64,000 bases of DNA from Octopus sinensis (lineage: Eukaryota): contig NC_043013.1 in NCBI RefSeq assembly GCF_006345805.1, positions 15,624,001 to 15,688,000 of the forward strand, read 5' to 3'. A program made the position numbers and the translations under genes. Positions 39,724 to 49,621 of the stretch are shown here, one piece after another (the first letter of the stretch is position 1; each line of letters begins with the position of its first letter). The notes beneath the pieces were generated by a model. The model did not search any database, was not told the DNA's origin, and saw only the letters and a program-made list of their open reading frames with translations.

Positions 39724-40046
39724 ATATATTATATATATATATGTATATATGTATATATATATGTATATATAATATATTATATATATATATATGTATATAT
39801 ATATATGTATATATATGTATATATGTATATATGTATATATGTATATATATATATATCTTAAGTGAGTGGGAGAGAAAGAAAGGGGGAGAGAATGTAATTG
39901 AGAGAATGAGAGAGAAAGAGGGAGAAATAGGGAATGAAAGAGAGAGAGAGAGAGAGAGACATACCTTTAGAAGACTCCACTTTCACTTGTGTCACATTGA
40001 GATGCATTAACATAATCATTATCAACGATTTGATAACACCAGGCAT
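783..40046 (-). CDS. Secreted GH18 chitinase (chitotriosidase/AMCase-like) with C-terminal CBM14; 10 coding exons, 708 aa
   Basis: Exons joined by hand: 40046-39965, 38906-38727, 33145-32889, 28447-28323, 19047-18921, 18342-18160, 13526-13401, 12704-12534, 2622-1917, 952-783 = 2127 nt, open frame, all GT..AG, phases 1,1,0,2,0,0,0,0,1. Motifs [25 protein letters not shown] (catalytic E153), [28 protein letters not shown] and a six-Cys CBM14. Confidence 0.95.
1190..1800 (+). mobile_element. 5'-truncated CR1/L2-type LINE (RT C-terminal region plus 3' UTR) in intron 9
   Basis: ORF 1195-1776 with [15 protein letters not shown]...LEAVQRRAT...YSERL...[14 protein letters not shown], typical of CR1/L2-clade ORF2 ends. 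Confidence 0.9.
1917..2622 (-). CDS. Chitinase coding exon 9 (235-aa Ser/Thr/Glu/Lys-rich linker)
   Basis: 706-nt stop-free frame; polypyrimidine tract with cttgcag| acceptor; donor GAAG|gtaggt; phases 0 and 1 fit both neighbours. Confidence 0.88.
4330..4522 (-). mobile_element. Penelope-like pLTR remnant with degenerate hammerhead motif
   Basis: Minus strand GTTT-CCAACGA-A-GAGC tcc ACTC-GAA-ACGT-T-AAAC (4453-4419): type I hammerhead layout with mutated core. Confidence 0.55.
5070..5285 (-). mobile_element. tRNA-derived SINE, family A (GGCGGCGAGCTGGCAGAA... head)
   Basis: Same sequence recurs more than 15 times in the window; B-box-like GAGTTCAAATTCC; AAT tail. Confidence 0.85.
5727..6450. 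repeat. Degenerate tandem array, about 9 units of 72-95 bp
   Basis: Recurring CAGCTAG...CTGTTGACAGTTAA...CATGGAYAC at 5727, 5823, 5904, 5991, 6063, 6140 and further on. Confidence 0.75.
6565..6850. repeat. 52-bp minisatellite, about 5.5 degenerate copies
   Basis: Units start exactly 52 nt apart (6615, 6667, 6719, 6771, 6823); consensus CTAGATGACTGAGTCTTTGAGTGTT..GTATCACAGC. Confidence 0.85.
8433..8699. mobile_element. Palindromic Penelope-like remnant (52/53-bp inverted arms)
   Basis: 8433-8484 is the reverse complement of 8647-8699 (about 47/53); interior carries a decayed hammerhead-like stem II + GAAA on the minus strand. Confidence 0.55.
8799..9625 (+). mobile_element. Degenerate mariner (Tc1/mariner) element, 3'-truncated
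   Basis: TIR-like TTGGGTCATCCCATAAATAATGCGG in a TA run; remnants of [33 protein letters not shown] with stops and frameshifts. Confidence 0.88.
9983..11002 (+). mobile_element. Degenerate mariner element with internal deletions
   Basis: 5' TIR TCAGGTCATCCCATAAGTTCTGTCCGA; partial 3' TIR TCGGACAGAAC near 10985; [31 protein letters not shown] motifs. Confidence 0.9.
10996..11280 (+). mobile_element. R4/Dong-type LINE 3' end (restriction-like endonuclease tail)
   Basis: Translates as [43 protein letters not shown], matching the GALG...QKTALLGTARILR end of R4/Dong ORFs. Confidence 0.75.
11285..11646 (+). mobile_element. Non-autonomous Helentron/HINE (DINE-1-like) element
   Basis: Starts AACAAG; subterminal inverted repeat ACCTCCGCC (11309-17) / GGCGGAGGT (11636-44); 3' stem-loop; internal (CAAA)n. 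Confidence 0.7.
11760..12188 (-). mobile_element. Two head-to-tail family A SINEs
   Basis: Two consecutive copies matching other family A copies. Confidence 0.85.
12534..12704 (-). CDS. Chitinase coding exon 8 ([14 protein letters not shown]...; end of GH18 domain)
   Basis: 171 nt, acceptor gttttag|, donor AAG|gtaggt. Confidence 0.93.
13401..13526 (-). CDS. Chitinase coding exon 7 ([11 protein letters not shown]...[14 protein letters not shown])
   Basis: 126 nt, acceptor ttctatag|, donor AAG|gtaaga. Confidence 0.97.
13840..14080 (+). mobile_element. RTE-clade LINE 3' fragment (degenerate)
   Basis: Remnant of KLxYFGH..[34 protein letters not shown]. Confidence 0.6.
15508..15722 (+). mobile_element. 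Family A SINE inside GGT/GAT-rich low-complexity tract
   Basis: Full family A sequence from the GGCGGTGAGCTGGCAGAA head to the tail. Confidence 0.85.
16665..16918. mobile_element. Palindromic Penelope-like remnant (62/61-bp inverted arms) with hammerhead motif
   Basis: 16665-16726 is the reverse complement of 16858-16918 except for one indel; minus-strand CTGAAGA...GAAA-ACACGTGT-A between the arms. Confidence 0.65.
17395..17773 (+). mobile_element. Full-length tRNA-derived SINE, family C, with 15-bp TSD
   Basis: A box TGGCCCAGTGG, B box GGTTTCGATTC; TSD CCTATGCAGTCGCTA at 17380-17394 and 17774-17788. Confidence 0.92.
18160..18342 (-). CDS. Chitinase coding exon 6 ([13 protein letters not shown]...[11 protein letters not shown])
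   Basis: 183 nt, acceptor gtttag|, donor |gtaagt; start of the alpha+beta insertion domain. Confidence 0.96.
18410..18910. repeat. Compound microsatellite (ATAC/AT/AC/AG) filling most of 578-nt intron 5
   Basis: Direct inspection. Confidence 0.95.
18921..19047 (-). CDS. Chitinase coding exon 5 ([16 protein letters not shown]...NAPLY)
   Basis: 127 nt, acceptor cctctag|, donor |gtaaga; phase 2 to 0. Confidence 0.96.
19748..21064. mobile_element. Two convergent 5' halves of one mariner family (foldback-like), with central SINE
   Basis: 19750-~20050 and the reverse complement of ~20790-21062 share TIR, GCACTAAGTTTTAAC leader and transposase start; TA at both outer ends. Confidence 0.75.
20347..20778 (-). 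mobile_element. Family B SINE (GCGCAGGAGTGGCTGTGTGG head; internal microsatellite; TAAAAGAG tail)
   Basis: A-box-like TGGCTGTGTGGTAAG and B-box-like GGTTCAATCCC; more than 10 copies in the window. Confidence 0.88.
22412..22614. repeat. (CAC)n(TAC)n trinucleotide tract
   Basis: Direct inspection; source of spurious poly-T/H/Y/V ORFs. Confidence 0.97.
22880..23010 (+). mobile_element. Tc1-like transposase fragment
   Basis: [14 protein letters not shown] / [17 protein letters not shown], resembling the MVFG..S.EGDVMPPHIF motif of Tc1-family transposases. Confidence 0.6.
23476..23862 (-). mobile_element. Family B SINE
   Basis: Matches other family B copies. Confidence 0.88.
23870..25530 (-). 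mobile_element. Degenerate Helitron RepHel fragment (Rep domain plus N-terminal charged repeats)
   Basis: [23 protein letters not shown] (HUH motif 2), [22 protein letters not shown]; 69-bp (23-codon) tandem repeats at 24725/24794/24863; stops and frameshifts. Confidence 0.88.
26113..26830 (+). mobile_element. Highly degenerate mariner element
   Basis: [14 protein letters not shown]...*DVYGDD start, HTH-like IRTDRQI, ...SLYDPETTA remnants. Confidence 0.65.
27520..28235. repeat. Compound AT/AC/ATAG microsatellite tract
   Basis: Direct inspection. Confidence 0.95.
28323..28447 (-). CDS. Chitinase coding exon 4 ([10 protein letters not shown]...RLLISAAV...YDVPIIS)
   Basis: 125 nt, acceptor ttgaag|, donor |gtaagt; phase 0 to 2. 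Confidence 0.95.
28666..30559 (+). mobile_element. 5'-truncated Penelope-like element with inverted pseudo-LTRs
   Basis: Arms 28666-29086 and 30141-30559 are reverse complements; interior 29090-29760 encodes decayed [12 protein letters not shown]...[23 protein letters not shown] (GIY-YIG region). Confidence 0.88.
30466..30509 (+). ncRNA. Minimal type I hammerhead ribozyme (U3-A8 core variant)
   Basis: TTACAG-TTGAAAA-GGTC tcaaaat GACC-GAA-ACCGGT-A-CTGAAA: stem I, core, 4-bp stem II, palindromic stem III, GUA site after 30503. Confidence 0.72.
32889..33145 (-). CDS. Chitinase coding exon 3 (catalytic; [18 protein letters not shown])
   Basis: 257 nt, acceptor ttaccag|, donor AAG|gtaagt; intact DxxDxDxE. 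Confidence 0.98.
33201..33445 (+). mobile_element. Non-autonomous Helitron-like 5' segment
   Basis: A|TCTCTCTATATATAA start followed by (GT)n, typical of invertebrate non-autonomous Helitrons. Confidence 0.45.
33605..33950 (-). mobile_element. Family B SINE (diverged)
   Basis: Matches family B with internal (CA)n. Confidence 0.75.
34010..34435 (-). mobile_element. Tandem family A SINEs
   Basis: Two consecutive copies. Confidence 0.85.
35043..35278 (+). mobile_element. Family A SINE
   Basis: Full-length copy. Confidence 0.87.
36410..38670 (-). mobile_element. Chapaev3-like (CMC superfamily) DNA transposon, near full length, pseudogenised
   Basis: Perfect 13-bp TIRs CACTGGTCAACAA / TTGTTGACCAGTG; transposase remnants [38 protein letters not shown], [13 protein letters not shown], [24 protein letters not shown]. 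Superfamily call from recalled motifs. Confidence 0.82.
38727..38906 (-). CDS. Chitinase coding exon 2 ([16 protein letters not shown]...[11 protein letters not shown]...GWND)
   Basis: 180 nt, acceptor cctag|, donor |gtaagt; GH18 N-terminal motifs. Confidence 0.96.
39310..39860. repeat. Long degenerate (AT)n tract in intron 1
   Basis: Direct inspection. Confidence 0.97.
39965..40046 (-). CDS. Chitinase coding exon 1 (signal peptide [27 protein letters not shown])
   Basis: ATG at 40046; donor G|gtatgt at 39964; upstream acceptor tataatttcag|G at 40070/40069 implies a further upstream exon; phase 1 matches the next exon. Confidence 0.8.
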
Positions 40047-40431
40047 TCTGTTGAGTGTTGGAGCAGGACCTGAAATTATATCAAATCAAACTGATGTACT
40101 GTATGTTGCTGTTGAGATAAATGATTGCCCCAAGGGCGATGGATGTGGCCACATTACATGTATAGGTCACTAAAAACTATTGGGGTTTACTCAGAAGTTG
40201 AAAGACGTGATTTCGTGTTCCGTACCACTGCTCGGCGCCTTCCGCAAATGTGTTTTACTATAGTCCTGGGTCGACCAATTCCTTTTGAGTGAAATATGTT
40301 GCGGAAACTTGTGGAAGTCTCTTGTATATATGCGTATGCGCATGTGAATGTGCACGCACAAACACGTGCGTTTATATATATGTATATATATATATAAGCA
40401 CCACGTGCTTTCACATACCAACTTTCTCACC

Positions 40432-40464
<33 letters not shown>

Positions 40465-40466
40465 TA

Positions 40467-40509
<43 letters not shown>

Positions 40510-40515
<6 letters not shown>

Positions 40516-41735
40516 TATTAAGCTGACTTGTCAACTTCTTTACTCCAGATTGAAGGAAATGGCTTTAACAGCACTTCGAACACACCCCTCTAAACACTGT
40601 TTGCCGTCGGACATGAAGACAATTTGGAAGCCCGGTATTCTGTAAAGTTTTGTGTTAAACTAGGCAAAAACGCTACAGAAACTTATAAAATGCTTCAGAA
40701 TGCTTATGAATTAACTTGTATGATCCGATCATACTTTTTGCTAGCACAAGAAGTTTAAGGACATTAGAAAGTAAGTGAGGGACGATGAGAGGTGTAGAAG
40801 GGAGAGGGTCGTCAGAACGTCAAAACTGGTTGAGAAAATTGGTAATTTTCTGGATGATGGCCGTCGTGTGTCTGTCTATAAAGACAATAAGCATAATTTG
40901 GAGTTGGTGTGACAAATGTACACAGAATTATTCATGAAAATCTGAACATGCGCAAAATTTGTTAAAATATTGTTGGCGGGGTGTTCAGTGATGAACAGGA
41001 GGAAAGACGCATCGTTTGACAGCTGGAGGATGGTTGGACTCATCACTTCCAATCTAAGAGTACTTGAATCTCTAGTGGCCTGTAACGAAAGCTGGATCTA
41101 TTAATATGATCTTAAAACCAAGAGAATAAGTGCCCAATGGAAGCATCCTGGTTCCCCCAGACCCAATAAGGCTAGGCAAAGCAAGTCCACCGGGACGCTT
41201 ATGATGACCTCCTTTTTCATCAACAAGGGCATCATCTACATCCATTAGGTTCCCTCTGGTGAGACGGTCAACAGAGAGTAATTTGTCGAGGTTTGTGGGA
41301 GTTCAGGAAGAAATTTCGTCGCAGAGAGCCGGAGCTCTTTATTCGGGTCAGTGGCACCTCCACTAGGGCCATGGGTCAGTCTACAATTCCGTCCGAATAA
41401 ACAAATACTTGATAGAGATGGGCATCACAACTTTTCTTCACCCTCCCCTCAGTCCAGACCTTGCTCCCTGCGACTTTTGGTTGTTCCATAAGCTGAATGG
41501 GAAGCTCAAGGCAGTCATTTTGAAGACATTGAGAAGATGAAGGAGGCTGTGACAAAGATCCTGGACAGCTTCACTTTGAAGGATCTCCACGAGGGCTTCA
41601 CGAAATGGCTGTAACGCTACAACAAGTGCATTGAATTTAGAGGATCCCACTTTGAAAGAGGTTAGAGTTGTGTACTTCTTTGAAATTGATATTTCACCTG
41701 AAAAAGTCTCAAAACTTCTGGAATGCACCTTGTAG
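40510..41735 (+). mobile_element. Degenerate near-full-length mariner
   Basis: YSVKFCVKLGKNATETYKML, NESWIY, SPDLAPCDFWLF, WLxRYNKCIE..GSHFE; 3' TIR-like TTCTGGAATGCACCTTGTA. Confidence 0.88.
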
Positions 41736-41899
41736 AATACGTTGTTGTAGCTGTACGTAGTATAACCGAAGAAAAGATCGATCAACGAGTAAATGAGGCC
41801 AGAAACTGTGAAAGCAGTGAAGAGGATAACAATCAGGCCTCAGAAAATTAAGATAATGATAATATCCTACTTCTTGAAGAATATAAAACAAAATCGCAA

Positions 41900-42352
41900 G
41901 CGCAGGAGTGGCTGTGTGGTAAAGTAGCTTGCTTACCAACCACATGGTTCCGGGTTCAGTCCCACTGCGTGGCACCTTGTGCAAGTGTCTTCTACTATAG
42001 CCTCGGGCCGACCAAAGCCTTGTGAGTGGATTTGGTAGACGGAAACTGAAAGAAGCCTGTCGTATATATGTATATATATATGTGTATGTATGTATGTATG
42101 TATGTATGTATGTATGTATGTATGTATGTATGTATGTATGTATGTGTATCTGTGTTTGTCCCCCCAACATCGCTTGACAACCGATGCTGGTGTGTTTACG
42201 TCCCCGTAACTTAGCGGTTCGGCAAAAGAGACCGATAGAATAAGTACTAGGCTTACAAAGAATAAGTCCTGGGGTCGATTTGATTCTACTAAAGGCGATG
42301 CTCTAGCATGGCGACAGTCAAATGACTGAAATAAGTAAAAGAGTAAAAGAGA
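41900..42352 (+). mobile_element. Family B SINE, full length
   Basis: Complete head-to-tail copy with internal (TATG)n. Confidence 0.9.
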
Positions 42353-42359
42353 GAGAGAG

Positions 42360-43275
42360 TAGCCAAGAAAAATATCATTAGAGAATTGAGTATAACCCTA
42401 TAATGCTAGAATGAGGTGCAGAGACCAGCTGCCAAAATTCCAAAACGATAAAAGAAATACTGAGAGAAGGCAAAACTGATCTAACATTCATCAATAACCT
42501 TGAATAGTCTATGGCAAAAGTTTTAATCAACTAAATTGAACTCAAAATAAAGAAAAAGATGGAAAAAGTATATTGACAAACAAGCAAATTGAGAAGTCAA
42601 AATATAAAAGCTAATTAAATATCTGAGAGAGTAATTGTCGATTGCTGATGAGCTTTCGAAGAAAATAAATGTCAAAATTAGAAAAGCAAGAAAAGATAAA
42701 AGAAAATACAAAATAACATATGAACAAAGTCTCATTTCCGTCAAAGAGACCTTGAAGCAATGTATTCAATTCAAAGCAAAAAGTGAAGTAAATTCTATAA
42801 TCAGAACAAGATTATTCAAAGAAAAGTGAAATTTTATAGAGGTATAGAGTAAAAAAAAAAGAAAACGAAAAAATAAGGGATTCACTTATTGATATATAAT
42901 GAAGTTGAGGAATATTGCTAAAACATCTGAAGTAACTCATATGACTATAACAAGGAAAATGAAAGGATGAAAGATGTGGAACCACAACAAGGTTTAAGTG
43001 ACAGAGTTAAGGCAGGCCCGTAGCGAAACATTTAAACAGAAGTAGTTGCCAGAAATAGATCAAATCCCAAATGCTTGGATAAATATATTTGTAAAAATGT
43101 GCAAGTTATTACAATAGCCAAGGAAATTGGTACACTGACACAAAATCCCGAAAAGGTCCCCAACTGGTTTAAGGAAGGCACAGTGTTCCATCAACCGAGA
43201 ACCTGAAACCAAAAGAGCAAATAACTATACACTCCTATTGGTCTACCATAACCCATTGTTTATGAAACTTTAAAA
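42360..43275 (+). mobile_element. Highly degenerate R4/Dong-type LINE fragment
   Basis: Remnants of W..K.L, PNWFKEGTVF...KNY.PI..L...YETL upstream of RT. Confidence 0.6.
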
Positions 43276-43467
43276 CTTTAGTTGGCTTTTAGTTATATCC
43301 CAGGGATGGGGGCAACAGACAAAGTACACAACCCCCACCTCTCCAGAATTCATACTCCTGTATTACCAAACAAGCATTTTCTAAAGTAGGGCGCGATGTA
43401 ACAGGAGCTGGATCGAACACCACAGGTCTACTACAAGACAATTCCCTGCCTTTCTCTCTCTCTCTCT

Positions 43468-43838
43468 CTCTTTTACTTGTTTCAGTCATTTGACTGTGGC
43501 CATGCTGGAGCACCGCCTTTAGTTGAGACTTATTCTTTGTAAGCCTAGTATTTATTCTATCAGTCTCTTTTACCGAACCGCTAAGTTACGGGGACGTAAA
43601 CACACCAGCATCGGTTGTCAAGTGATGTTAGGGGTACAAACAGACACACAAACATATATACACACACGCATACATTCATATATATATACATTTATACGAC
43701 AGGCTTCAGTTTCCGTCTACCAAATCCACTCACAAGGCTATAGTAGAAAACACTTGCCCAAGGTGCCACATAGTGGGACTGAACCCGGAACCATGTGGTT
43801 CGTAAGCAAGCTACTTACCACACAGCCACTCCCACGCC
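43468..43838 (-). mobile_element. Family B SINE
   Basis: Matches family B. Confidence 0.85.
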
Positions 43839-43939
43839 TTGTGAACTCTTTTTCAAAAATAACATGCCTCTGTGTGTGGCATGAGATTTATCACCAACCA
43901 GTGTTTTTTTTTATCGAGATATAATTATTAGATGACTCT

Positions 43940-44154
43940 CAAAGGTAGCAAGCTGGCAGAAATGTTAGCACGCCAGGCAAAATGCTTAGCAGTATTTCGT
44001 CCGTCTTTACATTCTGTGTTCAAATTCCGCCGAGGTCGACTTTGCCATTCATCCTTTCGGGGTCGATATAATATGTACCGGTTGAGCACTGGGGTTGATG
44101 TAATCAGCTTACCACGCCCCTGATACTGCTGGCCTTGTGCCGAAATTTGAAATC
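43940..44154 (+). mobile_element. Family A SINE with 16-bp TSD
   Basis: TSD ATTATTAGATGACTCT at 43924-43939 and 44155-44170. Confidence 0.9.
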
Positions 44155-44811
44155 ATTATTAGATGACTCTTAGCCAAAAGCTAGAGTTCATCACCCAGTC
44201 GTGTGACATAACAACTACTGCCAGATGTCAGTATGGTATTTCAATGGTTTTCTCAAGAAATCCGTGACCCCTAACAGGAGCCCATACTAGATACTGTTAC
44301 TCGGAGCCATTTGAGTCCGGAACTGGCGGCTAGTAGGGTTGTCACCCCCATTTATGTAAGGGGCTGGAGTAAATTCATGCTATTCTAAATTCTGTATTGT
44401 TTCTTATCTGTTGAGATAAAGATAGCCAAACCACTATGGAATGCTTCATGCGATAGTAACCGGAGCTCTGTCCAAGGGGGAAACTTGAAACTTATTCACA
44501 AATACTACAAAAGAGGCGCCCGTAAGTCCGTTGCGACTATGAGATGCATATAAGTCGAAGATTTCTTTTCTGTTTTTTTTTCTTTTATATTAATTCAAAC
44601 TAGGAAATGCAACGCCGTTAGATGCCTTTAGGTCCCCCGAGCATAGTAGGGGAAAGAGAGGGGATGGCATCCTGAAACCGGAGTCCTGGTCCAAAATAAA
44701 AGGGTGGACTTGGCTAGTGGTACCCAAGGACCGGGGTGGGGAGCTGAGGATTAAACTGGGTAACACACTGAGTTGGCTGTTCAAGAGCAGGATGGTGGTA
44801 ATTCGTAAAGG

Positions 44812-44852
<41 letters not shown>

Positions 44853-45299
44853 GAGACATACACACACACAAGCGAGAGCCCATACACATATACAGAACAA
44901 AGACACGCACACAGAGAACAATGACATATACACAGAAAGCACGCACAGAACACGCATGCACACATACATACACATATACATACATTTACACACAGGCACC
45001 TACACACATACATACAATACAGATACATAAAGACACACACAGTCGCACACGCATATTCACACACAGAACGTACATGAACAGACAGACACTCAGAGAATAC
45101 ACACACACACACAAAATACATACAGAATGCACACACCTACACACAGAGGCACACCGGGACACATAAACGCCCACACTGATCCACACACAAATAGACACAT
45201 CACATATGCAACACATACAGACATGTTACTACATAGAGAGAACACACTCGTAGGTTTTACCACAACACAATTTGTGCAGGCTTGAAGGAATCACAATCA

Positions 45300-45700
45300 C
45301 GAGTGTTACCTGCTTTCTGTGCATCTTCAGGTTTCAACAACACAAAGTCTACCTTCAGCAACAAGAAATCATTTTGGCCAAGCTGACAGGTCCATGAAAA
45401 GAGATTTGTGCATCTTGTCTATCATCTCTTACCGCTGATGGATGTTGACGATGATCTTTGCAAGAAGCTCGAAAGACTGGCTACTAACCTTGTATGACAA
45501 CACCGCTCCGTTGAACCCTGTCAACCGGACAGGGGGGGAGTTCCTAAGAACTGAACAATGGACTCACCTCCACTCAGCTTCTCCAACTGTCCGACACGTG
45601 GTGTATTAATGGATTTCCCGCCACCCAGCAGTGGATGAGCTGCTACAACTGGCCGGTACGCGGTGTATCAATGGACTCACAGCCACCGCATCCCCTCTTG
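45300..45700 (+). mobile_element. Degenerate Academ-like (XPG-type domain) transposon fragment
   Basis: LPAFCASSG..T.STF..KKSFW and L.ST...QL..RG.Y..W resemble the LPxFHAxTGCD and LPPT..AL..H..RA.YQ motifs. Confidence 0.45.
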
Positions 45701-46293
45701 GGTATTAAACTCTGTTACAAGTCTTCGGACTCCTTAAGCTGGTTTTTAACCCATTTTCGTAATGTATAGGGGTCGAGAGTACAATATTCCCCACCTCCCT
45801 CTGTACTATGTCCGATACAGGTAGGAATTTTGACAACCATCTCACAGATGTGGCTTATGCTTAGTTCCTTCTCCAGAAGATTTTTCCTGCAGCATTGTAC
45901 CAGAGTTGAGTTTCGGTAACAATTCCAAATACATCTTGACCATGCAGTAGAAAAATCGATCAAATGTTCTGGGAAAGGAAACAACGCTGGGTCTAAGTGT
46001 GCCAAAGTAAATCTAAACATTTTCACCACTTTGTAAGATCAAGTGTATCCCAGAGAACATAGCAGACCGTCTGTTAGTGATAGAGACATTACAAAACAAT
46101 ACTACATTCTTAGAAAATGTTGATACAATATTTATTTGCTTGAAAATTAAATTTTGCCAGCAGAATTGAAATGACTGTAGTTATTCAAATAAATATTGTG
46201 GAAAATTGTTCGGGCTATGCAAGATTCTCGCAGTTTGGTCAGGTTTACACGAAGTCCGAGTTAATCCTAACTGAAATACAAGGATGTATTTCA

Positions 46294-46692
46294 GGCGTAG
46301 GAGTGGCTGTGTGGTAAGTAGCTTGTTTACAAACCACATGGTTCCGGCTTCAGTCCCACTAAGTGGCACCTTGGGCAAGTGTCTTCTACTGGTCGACCAA
46401 AGCCTTGTGAGTGGATTTGGTAGACGGAAACTGAAAGAAGCCCGTCGTATATTTGTATATATATGTGTGTGTGTGTGTGTGTATGTTTGTGTGTCTGTGT
46501 TTGTCCCCCCCCCCCCAACATCGCTTGACAACCGATGCTGGTGTGTTTACGTCACCGTAACTTAGCGGTTTGGCAAAAGAGACCGATAGAATAAGTACTA
46601 GGCTTACAAAGAATAAGTCCTGGGGTCGATTTGTTCGACTAAAGGCGGTGCTCCAACATGGCCACAGTCAAGTGACTTAAACACGTAAAATA
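46294..46692 (+). mobile_element. Family B SINE
   Basis: Matches family B. Confidence 0.87.
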
Positions 46693-46959
46693 GTATGGTA
46701 GTTTAAACGCAACAGGAACAAATATTAAGCTTTGGTTAACTCAGCCATAGCTGAACCGCTGGAGGACGATGAAATAATAATATTGATAATATGGTAATAT
46801 GATAATATAATTGATGATACCCTATGATGAGAGTGATGTTATCCTTCTTTACAAATTTTAAAAATAATTAAGTGAATGTTTTGAAGACTGCGGAGAGCTT
46901 CTACACTAACGTTCATTAAGAGGCCCTACGGGACAACTTTATGTTGATTATTATGATAT

Positions 46960-47195
46960 CAAGGCGGCGAGCTGGCAGAAACGTTAGCACGCCGGGCGAA
47001 ATGCGTAGCCGTATTTCGTCTGCCGTTACGTTCTGAGTTCAAATTCCGCCGAGGTCGACTTTGCCTTTTCCTCCTTTCGGGGTCGATAAATAAAGTACCA
47101 GTTACGCACTGGGGTCGATATAATCGACTCAATCCGTTAGTCTGTCCTTGTTTGTCCCCTCTATGTTCAACCCCTTGTGGGTAATAAAAGAAACA
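46960..47195 (+). mobile_element. Family A SINE with 14-bp TSD
   Basis: TSD GATTATTATGATAT at 46946-46959 and 47196-47209. Confidence 0.92.
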
Positions 47196-49284
47196 GATTA
47201 TTATGATATTATACTTTTATTAATTCAGTAAAAACTGGTCTACTTGATCACAGCTTATCTTCCCATTAAATGCATACCTGTCCAGTACCGGTCATTTCTC
47301 TAAACCATTTATCGTGCAGGGTTATTAAACAACAACAACATCAACACAAAGAAAGCTGTTTTTAACATTGGTACACAATAATAAGTGTCCCCGGGTGGGA
47401 CGGAGGTGACGTTAGAGCTTTAACATTCAGACTATGCCTTTTCGTGTTAATGAGGAAGCCTCTATGTGGCCTATCGATCTGCTAGAAGTAGCAACCGTAT
47501 CTCCCTCAAATCACACATTCTACTGTCTTGAAAAAGGGACACATTAGATAATGTAATATTTGGTTTTCTGCACATATTAAAAAGAATGGATGGCTATAAC
47601 TGGAATAGCTTTTGATCAAAGGTATGCTGTAGGAGCTCTCTGCTCCACCAGGTCTGCTCGGGCAGGGTTAAACAAAATAAACAACAGCAACGCCTTCAGT
47701 TTCTGGTTTTAGCATCAACCGCAAAATTTGTAAAACATGAAAAACTGAGTTTCCTGTTGGATCACCTTCAATTCATAACTAGTACTTAGTCAAGACTGAG
47801 ACCTTTAAAGGGTCGCTCAACCTGCTGGTATCTCCTCTTAGGTGTTTAGATCAAATATCAGCCTTCAAGCTCATTCTACCGGCGTTTAACCATATTTTTG
47901 TGGTGTATAAGGGATCGAGAGTACAATACTCTCTTCCCCATCCCTGAATGGGACTCGTCCGTCGCAGGATCAAGCTTCAGCTGTTGAGAATTTCTTATAC
48001 AGCTGAACTAACTGGAATAATGGGAATGAAGGGAGTTGATCAAGAACTCGACGCGCTGATCGTTCTGGGACTCGAAACCACGACCTTACGATCGGGAATC
48101 CAATACCATAACAACAAGGTTTATCCTAGATGCATTATGTCTGAGAACGGGACGGTCACGGTTGGAATATCTTTAATCACAGGCCTTTTGATAAGTGAAG
48201 ACTTATATCTAAACAGCAACACTCGCAGATAGATGAAATGCAGTAAGTATAACTCAGCGAAATTTGAACTCGGAACCAAGCTGTGTCAGCACCTATGCCA
48301 TTTCTGCGATACCAGCTTCTGCTTCCTTGCAGCAACACCAGAATCCAAAAATATACTGGTGATAGAAGGTAAAAATCTTTTGAAATACCGTCTATACATT
48401 ATGATTACAGCTAAGTTCACCGCCATCAACTCACCTTGAAAAAGGTTCACCGTGAGGAAAGTTTACCGTGAAAATATATCCATAGTATCTCACCTTTAAT
48501 AGTTTAAAATATTTTCTTTAAGAAAAAAATCGTACGGTGAACTTAAAGGATGTAATGCAAGGTCGAAAATCTAATGTAATAGGGATTCGGGGTAAAAATA
48601 ACGAGTAATATTTTTAAAAGAAATACAAATCTAAAGGTTTATACTCACTGGATGATCAGAAGATTGAAGTGGTTTTAGTTTTTGAAGATTGAAGTAGTTT
48701 TAGGGAGAAGCAGGTTGTTCTTATTGTAAATGGTTTCTGCCAAGCCTTGAAGGTAGACGAAACAATCTCAACTGTTGCTTCACTGTAAATGTCTGGTCGA
48801 AGCCAAGTGTGAAAGTTTTAATCTTTCCTCTTGAACAATAACAATAATAATAGCATTAATAAGAATAATAATAATAGCATTAATAATAATAACAATAATA
48901 GTAATCGTAATAATAACATTAATTGCGACACATGTCGAGAGATATTGTAGAGAGAGGGGGGAAGAGAGAGAGAAAGGGGGGGAGAGAGAGAGAGAGAGAG
49001 ATAGAGAATTGGCTGATTGTTTTACTTCCTTCTTCCTAAGTCTAATAATGGTCTGAACCTCCCACCATCATCACATTCATTTTTTTGTGTACAGTTTGGT
49101 TAGACAAATAATTGCAGTGACAAACATACGCATACCACACACAACATACATAGAAAAAAGGCTATAATGAGAAGACAAACAAGAAGGCGAAGGAGAAAGG
49201 GTTGTTGTCCCAGCATACTAGAGAAGTAAGAAAGGCGGTAATGGTGAAGGGAGAGAATCAGTCGGTTGCTAATTTAGCTGGGCA

Positions 49285-49328
<44 letters not shown>

Positions 49329-49337
49329 GTAGGTAGG

Positions 49338-49374
<37 letters not shown>

Positions 49375-49375
49375 T

Positions 49376-49420
<45 letters not shown>

Positions 49421-49537
49421 GTATGTATGTATGTAGGTAGGTAGGTAGGTAGGTAGGTAGGTAGGTAGGTAGGTAGATAGACAGATAGATAGATAGATAG
49501 GTAGGTAGGTAGGTATGTAGGTAGGTAGGTAGGTAGG

Positions 49538-49620
<83 letters not shown>
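49285..49620. repeat. (ATAG)n/(GTAG)n tetranucleotide tract
   Basis: Direct inspection. Confidence 0.97.

Positions 49621-49621
<1 letters not shown>

Noticed and set aside
48425-48500. Strong AAG|GTGAGT donor as a possible chitinase 5' exon
   Set aside because: Lies in repeat-like sequence next to a SINE remnant, with no promoter or acceptor support.
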